A DNA stretch of 64,000 nucleotides from an uncultured Microthrixaceae bacterium (GTDB lineage: Bacteria > Actinomycetota > Acidimicrobiia > Acidimicrobiales > VFJN01), in the NCBI GenBank assembly GCA_963717755.1, contig CAVQWY010000002.1:826013-890012 (forward strand). Reading direction: 5' to 3'. The notes beneath the pieces are model-generated. The model was not told the origin of the DNA and did no database searches. It saw nothing but the letters and a program-made list of their open reading frames with translations. The first letter of the stretch is position 1; every line of letters begins with the position of its first letter. Of this stretch, positions 22,424 through 32,915 are shown piece by piece. The position numbers were made by a program, and so were the translations under genes.

Positions 22424-23403
22424 GCACCATTCCGGTCACGTTGCTGAAGGGCGACGACGAAGTGGTGCTGCGCGACGCCGTGAAGCTGCTGGTGGACGAG
22501 CTGGTCGGTGACGAGGATCGCTCGCTCATGGTCGAGGAGCTCGACATCGGCGCGTCGGGCGACGACGGTGATCCGCTCCTCGCGCTGGTCGATGCCGCCC
22601 AGACGCCTCCGTTCCTCACGGAGTTCCGCGTGGTCCTCGGACGCTTCACCGAGAAGCGCGAGCGCAACGAGCTGGTGGAGCCGCTCGTCGACTACCTCGT
22701 GGACCCGCTGCCGTCGACCCTCCTGGTGCTGGAGTGGCGCACGGGAAAGGTGCCCAAGGCGCTGCTCGAGGCCGTCACCCGCGTCGGGGGCGCGCAGGTC
22801 GACACGAGCCCCGGTCGCAAGGTGGGGGAGTGGGTGGCCGAGCACCTGGCCGAGGCCGGCCTCAAGGTCGACCCCGAGGGTCGCAGCCGGTTGGTCACGT
22901 GGGTCGGTGACGAGCCGAGCCGCTTGCTCGGACTGATCGACCTGCTCCGGTCCACCTATGGCACGGGCACCAAGATCAGCGCCGCCGAGATCGAGCCGTT
23001 CCTCGGGGACGACGGCGGGGTGCCGCCGTGGGACCTCACCGATGCCATCGACCGCGGCGATCGGGCGAGCGCCCTCGAGCTGCTCCAGCGCATGATCGGC
23101 CAGGGCGAGCGCCATCCGTTCCAGGTGCTGAGCACGCTGCACTCGCACTTCGCCCGGATGCTCCGACTCGACGGCGCCGACGTGGCCGGCGAGAAGCAGG
23201 CTGCCGAGCTGCTCGGGATGAAGGGCTCGACCTTCCCGGCCAAGAAGGCCATGGGGCAGGCCCGCCGGCTGGGTCACGACCGCATCGTCCGAGCCGTCGA
23301 CCTGCTCGCCCAGGCCGACCTCGATCTGCGCGGCGGCAAGGCCTGGCCCGACCACCTCGTCCTCGAGGTGCTCGTCGCGCGGCTTGCCACCATGTCGAAG
23401 TGA
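22420..23403 (+). CDS. holA: DNA polymerase III subunit delta
   Basis: AQTPPFL, PPWDLTDAI, LAQADLDLRGG; com-holA-rpsT synteny. Confidence 0.88.
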   Translation: MSTIPVTLLKGDDEVVLRDAVKLLVDELVGDEDRSLMVEELDIGASGDDGDPLLALVDAAQTPPFLTEFRVVLGRFTEKRERNELVEPLVDYLVDPLPSTLLVLEWRTGKVPKALLEAVTRVGGAQVDTSPGRKVGEWVAEHLAEAGLKVDPEGRSRLVTWVGDEPSRLLGLIDLLRSTYGTGTKISAAEIEPFLGDDGGVPPWDLTDAIDRGDRASALELLQRMIGQGERHPFQVLSTLHSHFARMLRLDGADVAGEKQAAELLGMKGSTFPAKKAMGQARRLGHDRIVRAVDLLAQADLDLRGGKAWPDHLVLEVLVARLATMSK

Positions 23404-24006
23404 CGCACCTCGTCGACGGGCACTGGAACCACAACATCCACCACCTGCCCGTCCTGCTGCGCGCGCTGCCAGCTCCGTGCCGCGTCGCCCTCGACGTCGG
23501 GTGCGGTCAAGGGTTCCTCCTGCGGGACCTGGCGGCGCGCGCCGGACAGGTCGTGGGCATCGATCAGCACGCGCCGAGCCTGACCGAGGCGGCGCGGCGC
23601 GTCGAGGGCCTGTCGAACGTCCGCCTCATCGACGGGGACGTCATGACCCACGCCTTCGACGAGCGCTTCGACGCGGTCCTGAGCGTCGCCGTCCTCCACC
23701 ACCTGCCGCTGGAGGCCGGCCTCGAGCGCATGAAGGCCTTGACCGCGCCTGGCGGCGTGGTCGGTGTGGTGGGCCTCGCCCGAAGCCGCCGACCTCGCGA
23801 CTACGCGGTCGACGCCGTCGGGGCGGTGGAGACGCGGCTCCGCCGGCTCCGGCGACCGCACACGATGGTCACGGCGCCGATCTGTGACCCACAGGAGACG
23901 TACGCCGAGGTCGTCGACGTCGCCGCGACGCGTGCTGCCGGACGTGCGCGTCCACCGGCACACCTTGTTCCGCTACTCGCTGGTCTGGACGAAGCCCTCG
24001 TCCTGA
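23400..24006 (+). CDS. Class I SAM-dependent methyltransferase; frameshift near 23928
   Basis: WNHNIHH N-terminus, ALDVGCGQG motif I, VAVLHHL, C-terminal RHTLFRYSLVWTKP in the next frame. Confidence 0.8.
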
Positions 24007-24017
24007 CGGGACCGACG

Positions 24018-24287
24018 TCAGTCGGTGGCGGGGCCCTGGTTCAGCTTCTTGGCCAGGCGCGACTTGCGGCGGGAGGCGGCGTTCTTGTGGATGACGCCCT
24101 TGGAGGCGGCCATGTCGATCCGCTTCTGCGCGGCCCGGGCCAGGTCGACCGCGTTGTCGGCGCCGTCGGAGGCGGCCTGCTGGGCGTTCTTCATGCGCGT
24201 CTTCAGCTCGCTGCGGACCGCCTTGTTGCGCTCGGTGCGCACGATGGTCTGGCGGTTGCGCTTGATCTGGCTCTTGATGTTTGCCAC
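24018..24287 (-). CDS. rpsT: 30S ribosomal protein S20
   Basis: [13 protein letters not shown]...[16 protein letters not shown]. Confidence 0.97.
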   Translation of the reverse strand: MANIKSQIKRNRQTIVRTERNKAVRSELKTRMKNAQQAASDGADNAVDLARAAQKRIDMAASKGVIHKNAASRRKSRLAKKLNQGPATD

Positions 24288-24388
24288 GGGAGGTCCTGCT
24301 CATCTGCTGGGATCGAACCGGGAGAGGCTACCCGGATGCCCGGATTCTCGTCACATCCAGGCCCACCGGTACCGTTGTGGGCTCGCCT

Positions 24389-26173
24389 ATGGACCTCAGC
24401 CGCCTCCGCAACCTGTCCATCGTGGCGCACGTCGACCACGGCAAGAGCACGCTCGCCGATCGCCTCCTCGAGCTGTGCGGCGCCGTCGATCCCCGGGACA
24501 TGCGGGCCCAGTACCTCGACTCCATGGACATCGAGCGGGAGCGGGGCATCACGATCAAGCTCCAGTCGGTCCGGCTCGACTACCGCGACCACGTCATCAA
24601 CCTCATCGACACCCCTGGCCACGTGGACTTCGGCTACGAGGTGTCCCGGTCGCTGGCCGCCTGCGAGGGGGTGGTGCTCCTCGTCGACGCCGCCCAGGGG
24701 ATCGAGGCCCAGACGCTCGCCAACTGCTACCTCGCCCTCGAGAACGACCTCGAGATCGTGGCGTGCCTCAACAAGCTCGACCTGCCGGCGGCCGAGCCCG
24801 ACCGCTGCGCGGCGGAGATCGAGCAGGTGCTGGGCATCCGGGCCGACGACATCCTCCGGATCAGCGCCAAGACCGGTGACGGGGTGCCCGAGCTGCTCGA
24901 CGCGGTCATCCAGCGCATCCCGGCGCCGACGGGCGACCCGGCCGATCCGCTCCAGGCGCTGATCTTCGACTCGTACTACGACAGCTACCGAGGGGTGGTC
25001 TCGTCGGTGCGCGTGATGACCGGCACCCTCAAGACGGGCAGCCGCGTGAAGTTCATGCAGGCCAACGCCGTCCACGACGCCGACGAGATCGGCGTGCGCC
25101 GCCCCGATCACACCCCGATCGCCTCGCTCGGTCCGGGCGAGACCGGCTATCTCATCGCCGGCATCAAGGACGTCCGCGAAGCCCGCTCCGGTGAGACGGT
25201 CACCGACGCGCTGCGCCCGGCCTCGTCGCCCCTGGAGGGCTACCGCGAGCCGAAGCCGATGGTGTTCTGCGGCCTGTACCCGATCGACGGCGACCAGTTC
25301 TCCGACCTGCGCGACGCGCTCGAGCGGCTGCGGCTCAACGACGGCAGCTACACGTACGAGCCCGAGACCTCCGGCGCGCTGGGCTTCGGCTTCCGGTGCG
25401 GCTTCCTCGGGCTGCTGCACATGGAGATCATCCGTGAGCGCCTGGTGCGCGAGTTCAACCTCGACCTGATCGCCACCGCGCCGTCGGTGGCCTACCTCGT
25501 GCACAAGACCGACGGCGAGGTGATCGAGGTGGCCAACCCGTCGGCGCTGCCGGAGATGGTGAGCATCGAGTACATCGAGGAGCCGATGCTCATGTGCACG
25601 ATCCTCACGCCGAAGGACTACACGGGCACGATCATGGAGCTGTGCCAGCAGCGCCGTGGCGACATGGTCAAGCTCGAGTACCTGTCACCGGAGCGCATGG
25701 AGCTCATCTACAAGGTCCCGCTGGCCGAGGTCGTGCGCGACTTCTTCGACCAGCTCAAGAGCCGCACGCAGGGCTACGCCTCGCTCGACTACGAACCGGC
25801 CGGGTACGAGCGCTCCGACCTGGTGAAGGTCGACGTGCTCCTCAACGGCGTCCCGGCCGACGCCTTCTCGAACATCCTGCACAAGGACAAGGCCCAGGAG
25901 TACGGCCGGCGCATGTCCGAGAAGCTGAAGGAGCTGATCCCGCGGCAGATGTTCGACGTGCCCATCCAGGCCGCCATCGGCGGGCGCATCATCAGCCGTG
26001 AGACGGTCAAGGCCAAGCGCAAGGACGTGCTGGCCAAGTGCTACGGCGGCGACATCACCCGCAAGCGCAAGCTCCTCGAGAAGCAGAAGGAGGGCAAGAA
26101 GCGCATGAAGAACATCGGCAGCGTCGAGGTGCCCCAGGAGGCCTTCATCTCCGCCCTCCGCCTCGACGACTGA
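24389..26173 (+). CDS. lepA: Elongation factor 4 (LepA)
   Basis: [57 protein letters not shown]. Confidence 0.97.
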   Translation: MDLSRLRNLSIVAHVDHGKSTLADRLLELCGAVDPRDMRAQYLDSMDIERERGITIKLQSVRLDYRDHVINLIDTPGHVDFGYEVSRSLAACEGVVLLVDAAQGIEAQTLANCYLALENDLEIVACLNKLDLPAAEPDRCAAEIEQVLGIRADDILRISAKTGDGVPELLDAVIQRIPAPTGDPADPLQALIFDSYYDSYRGVVSSVRVMTGTLKTGSRVKFMQANAVHDADEIGVRRPDHTPIASLGPGETGYLIAGIKDVREARSGETVTDALRPASSPLEGYREPKPMVFCGLYPIDGDQFSDLRDALERLRLNDGSYTYEPETSGALGFGFRCGFLGLLHMEIIRERLVREFNLDLIATAPSVAYLVHKTDGEVIEVANPSALPEMVSIEYIEEPMLMCTILTPKDYTGTIMELCQQRRGDMVKLEYLSPERMELIYKVPLAEVVRDFFDQLKSRTQGYASLDYEPAGYERSDLVKVDVLLNGVPADAFSNILHKDKAQEYGRRMSEKLKELIPRQMFDVPIQAAIGGRIISRETVKAKRKDVLAKCYGGDITRKRKLLEKQKEGKKRMKNIGSVEVPQEAFISALRLDD

Positions 26174-26176
26174 ACC

Positions 26177-27149
26177 TCAGCCGAGGCCGCGGGCGTCCTG
26201 CTTGAGGGAGACGTCGATCGCCAGCGGCGTGGCGAGCACGAGCTGCCGCATCCCGTAGGGGAGCGGCTCGTGGATCCGGAGGACGTACCGGTCCGCTCGG
26301 GTCCACGCCGTCCGGGCCCACCCCTCCCACGACTTCACGATCGTGGCCACCTCGCGCTCGAGGTGGTCGACGACGTGGAAGTCCCACGCCGCGGACGTTC
26401 TTGGCGCGCAGGTGACCCACGACCCGCCCGGCGGGGTCGAGCAGCTGGAAGCGGATCTTCCAGAACACGTTCTGCTGCTTGATGGTCCCGAGGAACCGGT
26501 CCTGGCCGTCGAAGACGTGGACGCGGCTCACGAAGATCTTGGTGGGACGAGTGAGGCGCAGGACATCGTTCCCCTCGAGGTCCTCCATCTCGAAGTGGTG
26601 CGTGAAGAACTGGTCGAAGGCGGTGAGGACGCGGAACGCCTGCTTGGCGCGGCTCTGCCCGATCTGCTTCACGTGGCCGAGCGGCTGCGCATCGCTGCCG
26701 AAGAGGTCGTACGCGGTCTCGATCTCGAGGACCTTCGGGAGCTGGTCGAGCACCAGGATCGACGCCCCCTCGATCGTCCCGTCCTCAGGGAAGGCCGGAG
26801 GGAGGAGCCCGCTGTCCGTCAGCTGCTTTCGGACGTCCTCGGGGGTGATCTCCTTCCCGCCGCGCCGCCGGGCCCGGCGGCGTTGCTCGAGGCGCCACAG
26901 CAGCACGATGCCGACCGCCGCGACGATGACGCCGAACAGCCCGAGGAAGCCCCACTTGGAGAACGCGAAACGCTCAGCGACCTCCCGGAACCCCCGAAGC
27001 CCGATCACCGCGAAGATCACGTAACCGAACTTCGGCCGCCCCTTCGGAGCGTTGGCGGGGCGCGTCGGTGACGGGATCGGCGCAGGAGGCGGGGGCAACG
27101 TCGAAGATGCCGCGGGTGGCCGTGCGCCGGGCGGCTCCGTGCTGGTCAT
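26177..27149 (-). CDS. Membrane protein with scramblase/LURP-one-like domain; frameshift near 26390
   Basis: Two N-terminal hydrophobic segments, then QIGQS...DQFFTH...LTRPTKIF...AWDF...KSWEG...DRYVL...LKQD. Confidence 0.72.
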
Positions 27150-27229
27150 GTGCCCGCCAGCGTACCGACGGCCAGATCGACCCGAGAACCGAGCGGTCGC
27201 CGACGGCACCTCGGCGATCGCGGTGGCGG

Positions 27230-28129
27230 TCAGCCAGAGAGGATCGACGTGATGAGCGCGGTGGTGCGTTCGAGATCACCGAACGGCGCCACGTTGAGGT
27301 CGGTCACGCCGGCGTCGGCGTACAGCGCGATGCCCCTGCGCACGGTGTCCTCGTCGCCGACGAGCGCGATGTCGCCGGGGCCGGCCGCTCCCTCGCGGTC
27401 GAGCATGGCTCGATACGACGGCAGCGTGCCGTAGATGGCGAACACGTTCTCGGCCTCGACGCGAGCCGCGTCGGGATCGTCGGTGACCGACACCGGGACG
27501 CCGGCGATCACCATCGGCGCCGGTCGGCCGGCCTCCTCGGCCGCCTTGGAGATCGTCGGCGCGATGTGGTCGGCGATCGTGTGCGGCCCGGTCATCCAGG
27601 TGGCGGTGCCGTCGGTGAGCCGCCCGGCGAGCTTGAGCATCACCGGGCCCAGCGCGGCGACGACCACCTTCGGCGGCGTGGTGCCCATGCGCTCGAGCGG
27701 GACGAACGTGTTGTTCACGCGGTACACCTCGCCCGAGTGGTCCACGCCGCCCTGGTCGAGGATCGGCATGAGCACCTCGAGGTACTCGCGCATGTGGCGG
27801 GCCGGCTTCTCGAACGAGAGCCCGAGCATCCCTTCGATCACGATCTGGTGGCTGAGGCCGATGCCGAGGATGAAGCTCCCACCGGTGGCGGCCTGGGTGG
27901 TCATCGCCTGCTGCGCCATGTAGAGGGGATGGCGGCTGTAGGTGGGCACCACGAACGTGCCGAGCGTGATGTCGGGAACCTCCCGCCCGGCGACGGCGCA
28001 CGCGGTCATGCCGTCGAGGCCGAAGATGTTGCTGAACCAAGCCGAGCTGTAGCCGATGGCCTTGGCCTGCCGGACGCTGTCCACCGCGGCGTCGATCGTG
28101 CCGCCGCCACCACCGATCCCGATGCGCAT
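27230..28129 (-). CDS. LLM-class probable F420-dependent oxidoreductase (TIGR03564-like)
   Basis: VVPTYSRHP, LGIGLSHQ, AALGPVML, YGTLPSYRAMLDREG. Confidence 0.85.
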   Translation of the reverse strand: MRIGIGGGGGTIDAAVDSVRQAKAIGYSSAWFSNIFGLDGMTACAVAGREVPDITLGTFVVPTYSRHPLYMAQQAMTTQAATGGSFILGIGLSHQIVIEGMLGLSFEKPARHMREYLEVLMPILDQGGVDHSGEVYRVNNTFVPLERMGTTPPKVVVAALGPVMLKLAGRLTDGTATWMTGPHTIADHIAPTISKAAEEAGRPAPMVIAGVPVSVTDDPDAARVEAENVFAIYGTLPSYRAMLDREGAAGPGDIALVGDEDTVRRGIALYADAGVTDLNVAPFGDLERTTALITSILSG

Positions 28130-28206
28130 GTCCGCGACGCTAACGGGACGCCGCCTCGAGGTGCGTCGTCGAGGGTGGATTGGCCACCCGGATCGGGTCG
28201 GGTTCG

Positions 28207-28737
28207 TCAAGCGCGGCGGACGGCCACTCGCTCGACGATGAGGACGCGGCCGTCCGTCGGGGGTGGGGGCCTGAACGCGCGGCGGGGGACGGTCGGTCCG
28301 GCGTGGAAGCGGTGGCGGTTGGCGTGGCCCAGGTCGGCCCAGCGGCGCGCGGCGCTGCGCTTGAGGAGCAGGTCCGCCCGGATCAAGCGGCTACCGGGGT
28401 GGAGCAGGCGTCGGAGCAGCGGCTCGGTGATGACCCACGGAGGGTTGGCGACGACCCGGAACGGGCGACGCGGGAGGCGCAGGTCGGTCGCATCCGCTTG
28501 CACCACCCGCACGTCGTCGCCGAAGCGGCGGCGCAGAGCCGCCGCGCGGCCCGGATGGAGCTCGATCGCGATCACGCGCGCGCCGAGCTCCAGCAAGGGC
28601 GCGGTGAGGGCGCCGTCGCCGGCGCCGATGTCGAGCACGAGGTCGCCCCGGGCCACGCCCGACGCGGCGACGAGCCGCTCAGCCCAGGAACGGTCGAGTC
28701 GGTACCAGCCCCAGGCCGGAGGACGTCCCCCGGCCAC
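28207..28737 (-). CDS. Short Erm-family 23S rRNA adenine N6-methyltransferase, Erm(37)-like
   Basis: AWGWYRL, VLDIGAGDGALT, IELHP, RLPRRPFRVVANPP, PRRAFRPPP; 176 aa, lacking the C-terminal domain as in mycobacterial Erm(37). Confidence 0.85.
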   Translation of the reverse strand: MAGGRPPAWGWYRLDRSWAERLVAASGVARGDLVLDIGAGDGALTAPLLELGARVIAIELHPGRAAALRRRFGDDVRVVQADATDLRLPRRPFRVVANPPWVITEPLLRRLLHPGSRLIRADLLLKRSAARRWADLGHANRHRFHAGPTVPRRAFRPPPPTDGRVLIVERVAVRRA

Positions 28738-28768
28738 GAAGGCGCACCACCAGCATCACCATCGGCAT
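28679..28768 (-). CDS. Putative leader peptide of the erm-like gene (MPMVMLVVRLRGRGTSSGLGLVPTRPFLG)
   Basis: ATG 28768 with GGGAGG 8 nt upstream; RLR motif overlapping the erm GTG. Confidence 0.55.
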   Translation of the reverse strand: MPMVMLVVRLRGRGTSSGLGLVPTRPFLG

Positions 28769-28829
28769 CTGAGCAGCCTCCCGCCGGCACCGGCGGGAAG
28801 CCAGCGAGTTCCCGGTCTAGACAGGGCTC

Positions 28830-29487
28830 GTGCCCGAGCTCATCGACCTCAGCCATCCCTTCGCCGACGGGACCATCACGTATCCCGGCCTGCCCGGGCC
28901 CGGTGATCAGCGACCACCTGAGCCGGGAGGCGTCGAGGGAGCGGTACGCGCCGGGGTTCGAGTTCCAGATCGGGCGGATCGACATGGTGGCCAACACGGG
29001 GACCTACCTCGACACGCCGTTCCACCGCTTCGGCGACGGTCACGACCTGGCGGGGCTCGACCTGGCCCGCGTGGTGGGCGTCCCCGGCATCCTCATCGAC
29101 GCCACGGCGGTGCCCGAGGCCGGCCCCGAGCTGCTCGATGGGCTCGACGTGCGGGGCCGCGCGGTGCTGTTCCGCACTGGGTGGGACGTCCACTGGGCGA
29201 CCGATCGCTACGGCGACCCTGAGCATCCCTACCTGGCCGAGGCCACCGCGGTCCGCCTGGTCGATGACGGCGCGGCCGTGGTCGGCATCGACTCGGTGAA
29301 CATCGACGCCACCAGCACCGGTGAGCGTCCGATCCACACGGCGCTGCTCGGCGCGGGCATCCCGATCGTCGAGCACCTGTGCCGCCTCGGCGACATCGGC
29401 GAGCGAGCGTTCACGTTCACGGCCGCGCCACCCGCGGTGGTGGGCATGGGCACGTTCCCGGTGCGAGCCGTCGCGTCCGTCGGCTGA
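28830..29487 (+). CDS. Cyclase/kynurenine formamidase family protein; frameshift near 28902
   Basis: IDLSHP...TYPGLP, NTGTYLDTPFH, VGIDSVNID, IVEHL, FPVRAVA. Confidence 0.82.
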
Positions 29488-29493
29488 GGACGC

Positions 29494-30370
29494 TCAGGCG
29501 TACCGCGCGATGGCGGCCTCGGCGCCGTCCACGTAGCCGCCGCCGAACTTGATGGCGTGCACGACGAGCGGGGCGATCTGGTGGAGCAGCACTCGATCCT
29601 GCCAGCCGTCCGCCAGGGGGTGGACCTCCGCGTAGGCGTCGAAGCACGCGGCGCCGAACCCGCCGAACAGCCGCATCATCGCCAGATCGAACTCGCGGTG
29701 GCCGCCATGGGCAGCAGGGTCGATCAACCAGCAGTGCCCTCCGGAGCCCACCAACCGGTTGCCGGCCCACAGGTCGCCGTGGAGGCGCGCCGGCGGCTCG
29801 TCGGTGTCGCCCAGCCGCTCGAGGCGCCCCGGCTCCAGGCGCTCGAGGCCCGCGATGGCCTCCTCCGACAGGGCTGCCGCGTCGCGGGCCAGGTGGGCCA
29901 ACGGGAGGAGGCGCTGTGTGGCGTAGAACTCCGCCCAGCTCGAGCACGGCTCGTTGGGGAGCCCACGGCTGCCGGTGGTGCGCCGGTCCTCGCGGCCGAA
30001 CCGCGCCGGTGACGCCTGGTGGAGACGGGCGAGGCCGCGTCCGAGCTCGGGCTCGGTGCGCTCTGTCGGCGTGCCGTTGTCGATCCACTCCAGCGCGAGG
30101 AACGGGGGTTCGTCCGCCGTCTCCGTCGGACACCGCCAGCACCTCGGGCACCAGGACGGCTTCCGGCTCGCGCAGCCAGCGGAGGCCCTCCGCTTCCGTG
30201 CTGAAGAACCCCGGCGGCGGGTTCGGATGGGTCTTCGCGAACACGCGCCGTGCGTCGTCCAGCTCGAACCGGTAGGCCTGGGCGACGTCACCGCCCCGCA
30301 CCACCGCGACCGCGGCGACGGAGCCTTCGAGCGCGCCCTCGATCGCGGCTCGCAGCGCTTCCACCTGCAT
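29494..30370 (-). CDS. Fructosamine kinase family protein; frameshift near 30120
   Basis: VFAKT...EAEGLRWL, PARLHGDLWAGN, LIDPAAHGGHREFDLAM. Confidence 0.85.
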
Positions 30371-30569
30371 CCAGGGTACGGGCCGAGACCCAGAATCGCA
30401 CCGGCCCGCGGCGGCGCAGGCGAGCTGAGCGCGAGCGGGCGCCGAGGCAGCCAACTACCTTGATCGCCACCGGGCGGACCACAGATCGGACAGGTGTGCG
30501 ATCCAGCAGCCACGTGTGCGGGCCCGAGGTTGATCAGATCGTGCGCCTCTCGTAGGGGGAGCACACCAC

Positions 30570-31715
30570 ATGGCCCGAACCACCCGAGTCCGCCACCTGC
30601 TGGCGGCGCTGCTCGCGCTCACGCTCGTCGGCACCGCCTGCAGCAGCGATGACGACGAGCCCAACGCCAGCGACGAGGGCGAGCAGACCGACGAGGCTGC
30701 AGGAGACGACGGTGGCGAGGAGCCCAGCGGCGACGGATTGCTCGCCGAGGTCCGCGACCGCGGCACGCTGAACTGCGGCGTGAACAACGCCGTGCCCGGC
30801 TTCGGTGTCGTCGACGACGCCGGCGAGTTCTCTGGCTTCGACATCGACTTCTGCCGGGTCATCGCCGCCGCGGTGCTCGGTGACGCCGAGGCCGTCGAGT
30901 TCGTGCCGCTGACGGCCGAACAGCGCTTCACCTCGCTGGCCGCTGGCGAGATCGACGTGCTGGTCCGCAACACGACGCGCACGGCGAGCCGGGAGGGCAC
31001 GGAGAACGCGGCCTTCACGGCCACCACGTTCTACGACGGCCAGGGGATGATGGTCACCGCGGAGTCCGGCATCGGCGGGCTCGACGACATGGACGGCGCC
31101 ACCGTGTGCGTGCTCTCCGGCACCACCACGGAGCAGAACCTCGCCACGGTGTTCAACGCTCGCGGCCTCAGCTTCGAGCCGCTCACCTTCGACGAGGTCG
31201 ACCAGATCCGGGAGGCCATCCTGCAAGGCCAGTGCGACGGGTGGACGTCCGATCGTTCGCAGCTGGCGGGCCTGCGCTCCGCATGGCCCGAGGCCGAGGG
31301 CGGCCCCGACGGCCTGGTCATCTTCGACGACATCATCTCGAAGGAGCCGCTCGGCCCGGCGGTGCGGGACGGGGACGACGAGTGGTTCGACGCCGTGAAC
31401 TGGGCGGTGATGTCGACGATCCTCGCCGAGGAGCTCGGGATCACCTCGGAGAACATCACCGAGCAGCTCGAGAGCGAGGACCCCGCCGTCCGAGGGTTCC
31501 TCGGCCAGCCCACCGGTGATCCGCCCACGGCGATCGACCCTGGCCTGAACCTCGAACCGGACTTCGCGGTCGCGGTGATCACCGAGGTCGGCAACTACGC
31601 CGAGATCTTCGACCGCAACGTCGGACCGGACACGGCGCTGGGCCTGGAGCGCGGGCTGAACGCGCTGTGGAACGCCGACGAACCGGGCCTCCTCTACGCC
31701 CCGCCGTACCGCTAG
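30570..31715 (+). CDS. aapJ: General L-amino acid ABC transporter substrate-binding lipoprotein
   Basis: Lipobox VGTAC, GFDIDFCR, FYDGQG, GTTTEQN, ISKEPLGP, VGNYAEIF, RGLNALW. Confidence 0.88.
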   Translation: MARTTRVRHLLAALLALTLVGTACSSDDDEPNASDEGEQTDEAAGDDGGEEPSGDGLLAEVRDRGTLNCGVNNAVPGFGVVDDAGEFSGFDIDFCRVIAAAVLGDAEAVEFVPLTAEQRFTSLAAGEIDVLVRNTTRTASREGTENAAFTATTFYDGQGMMVTAESGIGGLDDMDGATVCVLSGTTTEQNLATVFNARGLSFEPLTFDEVDQIREAILQGQCDGWTSDRSQLAGLRSAWPEAEGGPDGLVIFDDIISKEPLGPAVRDGDDEWFDAVNWAVMSTILAEELGITSENITEQLESEDPAVRGFLGQPTGDPPTAIDPGLNLEPDFAVAVITEVGNYAEIFDRNVGPDTALGLERGLNALWNADEPGLLYAPPYR

Positions 31716-31733
31716 CGCTCCACCACCACATCG

Positions 31734-32915
31734 ATGACGGCCACCACCGTGCCGGCGAGCCCGGCGCGCCGCCCGCCGCCCTGGCGGGACGTGCGCCTGC
31801 TGCGGCTCGCCGTGCAGGTGGCAGTGGTGGCCGCCGTCGTGGGGATCCTGGGCTACCTCTACGACAACCTCGTCACGAACCTGCGCATCCGCGGGATCCC
31901 GACCGACTTCGACTTCCTCGACCGGCCGGCGACGATCGAGGTGGCGTACTCGGACTTCCGAGCGAGCCAACCAGTGCGGGACGCGATCGTGCTCGGGGTC
32001 AAGAACACGCTCCTCGTCGCCGCGGTCGGCATCGTCCTCACCATCGTGCTGGGAACGATCGTGGGAGTCGCGCGGTTGTCGACCAACCTGCTCGTGCGGT
32101 CCGCCGCTGGGCTCTACGTCGAGACCCTGCGCAACCTGCCACCTCTCCTGGTGATCGTGTTCGTGAACTCCGCGGTGTTCCTCGAGCTCCCGGTCATCGC
32201 CGACGCCATCGACATCGGGGGGCTGCTGGTGCTGTCCAACCGCGAGCTGGCGGCTGCGTCACCGATCGCCGGTGATCAGGCGGGGGTCTACGCCCTGGTC
32301 GTGGCCGTGTCGCTGGTGGTGGCTGCGATCGTGTGGCGCGCCAGGACGAAGATCAGCGAGTCCACCGGCGCGCCGCACCACCGGGTGCTGTGGTCCTCCG
32401 TGCCGCTCCTGGTCGGGGCCATCGGCGGCTACCTCCTCCTCGATGGCCCGGTGACCGTGTCCCACGCCGAGGTGGTGGGCCGTGGCATCTCGGGCGGGGT
32501 GGCCATGAGCATCGGCTACGGCGCCGTCGTGACCGGCCTCGTCCTGTACACGTCCAGTCACGTGGCCGAGATCGTTCGGGGATCGATCCAGGCCGTCGAC
32601 CGCGGGCAAGGCGAGGCGGCCGAGGCCCTGGGGCTGTCGCCGGGACAGCGGCTTCGCTACGTCGTGCTGCCGCAAGCGTTCCGGATCGCGGTGCCACCGA
32701 TGATCAACCAGTTCCTGAACCTGACCAAGAACAGCTCGCTGGCCATCGCGGTGGGCTACGCAGAGCTCTCGGCGCTCACCCTCGTGCTGATCTCGCAGTC
32801 CAACCCCGCGCCCCAGATGGTCGTGATCCTGATGGCCATCTACCTCGGCATCTCGATCGTGATCTCGGTCGTCGCCAACGTCGTCAACCGTCGCCTGCAG
32901 CTGGTGGAGCGGTGA
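31734..32915 (+). CDS. aapQ: Amino acid ABC transporter permease
   Basis: YVETLRNLP, AEIVRGSIQAVDRGQGEAAEALGL, NLTKNSSL. Confidence 0.88.
   Translation: MTATTVPASPARRPPPWRDVRLLRLAVQVAVVAAVVGILGYLYDNLVTNLRIRGIPTDFDFLDRPATIEVAYSDFRASQPVRDAIVLGVKNTLLVAAVGIVLTIVLGTIVGVARLSTNLLVRSAAGLYVETLRNLPPLLVIVFVNSAVFLELPVIADAIDIGGLLVLSNRELAAASPIAGDQAGVYALVVAVSLVVAAIVWRARTKISESTGAPHHRVLWSSVPLLVGAIGGYLLLDGPVTVSHAEVVGRGISGGVAMSIGYGAVVTGLVLYTSSHVAEIVRGSIQAVDRGQGEAAEALGLSPGQRLRYVVLPQAFRIAVPPMINQFLNLTKNSSLAIAVGYAELSALTLVLISQSNPAPQMVVILMAIYLGISIVISVVANVVNRRLQLVER

Noticed and set aside
23028-24962. 644-aa ORF spanning the methyltransferase, antisense rpsT and lepA
   Set aside because: Read-through artefact of an indel plus stop-poor GC-rich frames
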